Shown here: piece after piece, positions 63,691 to 64,000 of the stretch | Layout of the letters: every line of letters begins with the position of its first letter | Numbering within the stretch: the first letter of the stretch is position 1 | Origin: Octopus bimaculoides | Taxonomy: Eukaryota | DNA length: 64,000 bases | Assembly (NCBI RefSeq): GCF_001194135.2 | Contig: NC_068993.1 | Location: 63,756,248 to 63,820,247 of the forward strand | Direction of reading: 5' to 3' | Notes under the pieces: model-generated | The model's input: only the letters and a program-made list of their open reading frames with translations | Databases searched by the model: none | What the model was told of the DNA's origin: nothing | Translations under genes and position numbers: made by a program

Positions 63691-64000
63691 AATTTCTTTG
63701 GTTGGCCAAGATGTTAGGGACATGAAGAAAAGCGAACGATAAAAACAAATTAACAGCAACAACAGTAAAGAACAACGAAAATTACAAAAAGAAGGATTCC
63801 ACAAAATGGAAAAGAAAAGTGGAGTGTGATTTAGGATTCTTCTTATGAAATCCTGGATTATGCTGACGGAAGCACAAGTGTCTTCTTCTCCCAATACACA
63901 CAACCAACTCTCACCGTGTTCACACGAAATTTTCCTCGTGGGTAGCAACCTTCATTTCTGTCTTAAGCTTCCTCTTTAAGCTGTATTTGAGAAAGGTGAT

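Overview
AT-rich, microsatellite-dense eukaryotic draft scaffold with nine N-gaps. The SINE and LINE repertoire points to an octopus/coleoid cephalopod (inference). The main feature is a + strand multi-exon SLC26 anion transporter gene (prestin/pendrin-like), which I spliced by hand from ATG 3568 to 26745. It has 15 coding exons with GT-AG ends. Nine of them have exactly the lengths of the corresponding human pendrin exons. One expected 55-nt STAS exon is not visible and the terminal exon is unresolved. The protein has unusual residues at or near the anion site (prestin F137 position = Val, S133 = Ala, NQE = NKE). The rest is intron or intergenic DNA full of decayed elements: Dong/R4 LINEs associated with (ATT)n arrays, a Penelope-like element, Merlin, mariner, a Tigger-like MITE, L1/Tx1, and two SINE families. 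From 37 to 61 kb there are short, splice-site-bounded, partly phase-compatible minus-strand exon candidates that may form an unrecognised convergent gene. Degenerate hammerhead-ribozyme-like motifs occur in SLC26 introns. I found no rRNA, true tRNA or CRISPR array, and no prokaryotic system. Most ORFs in the track are microsatellite or gap artefacts.
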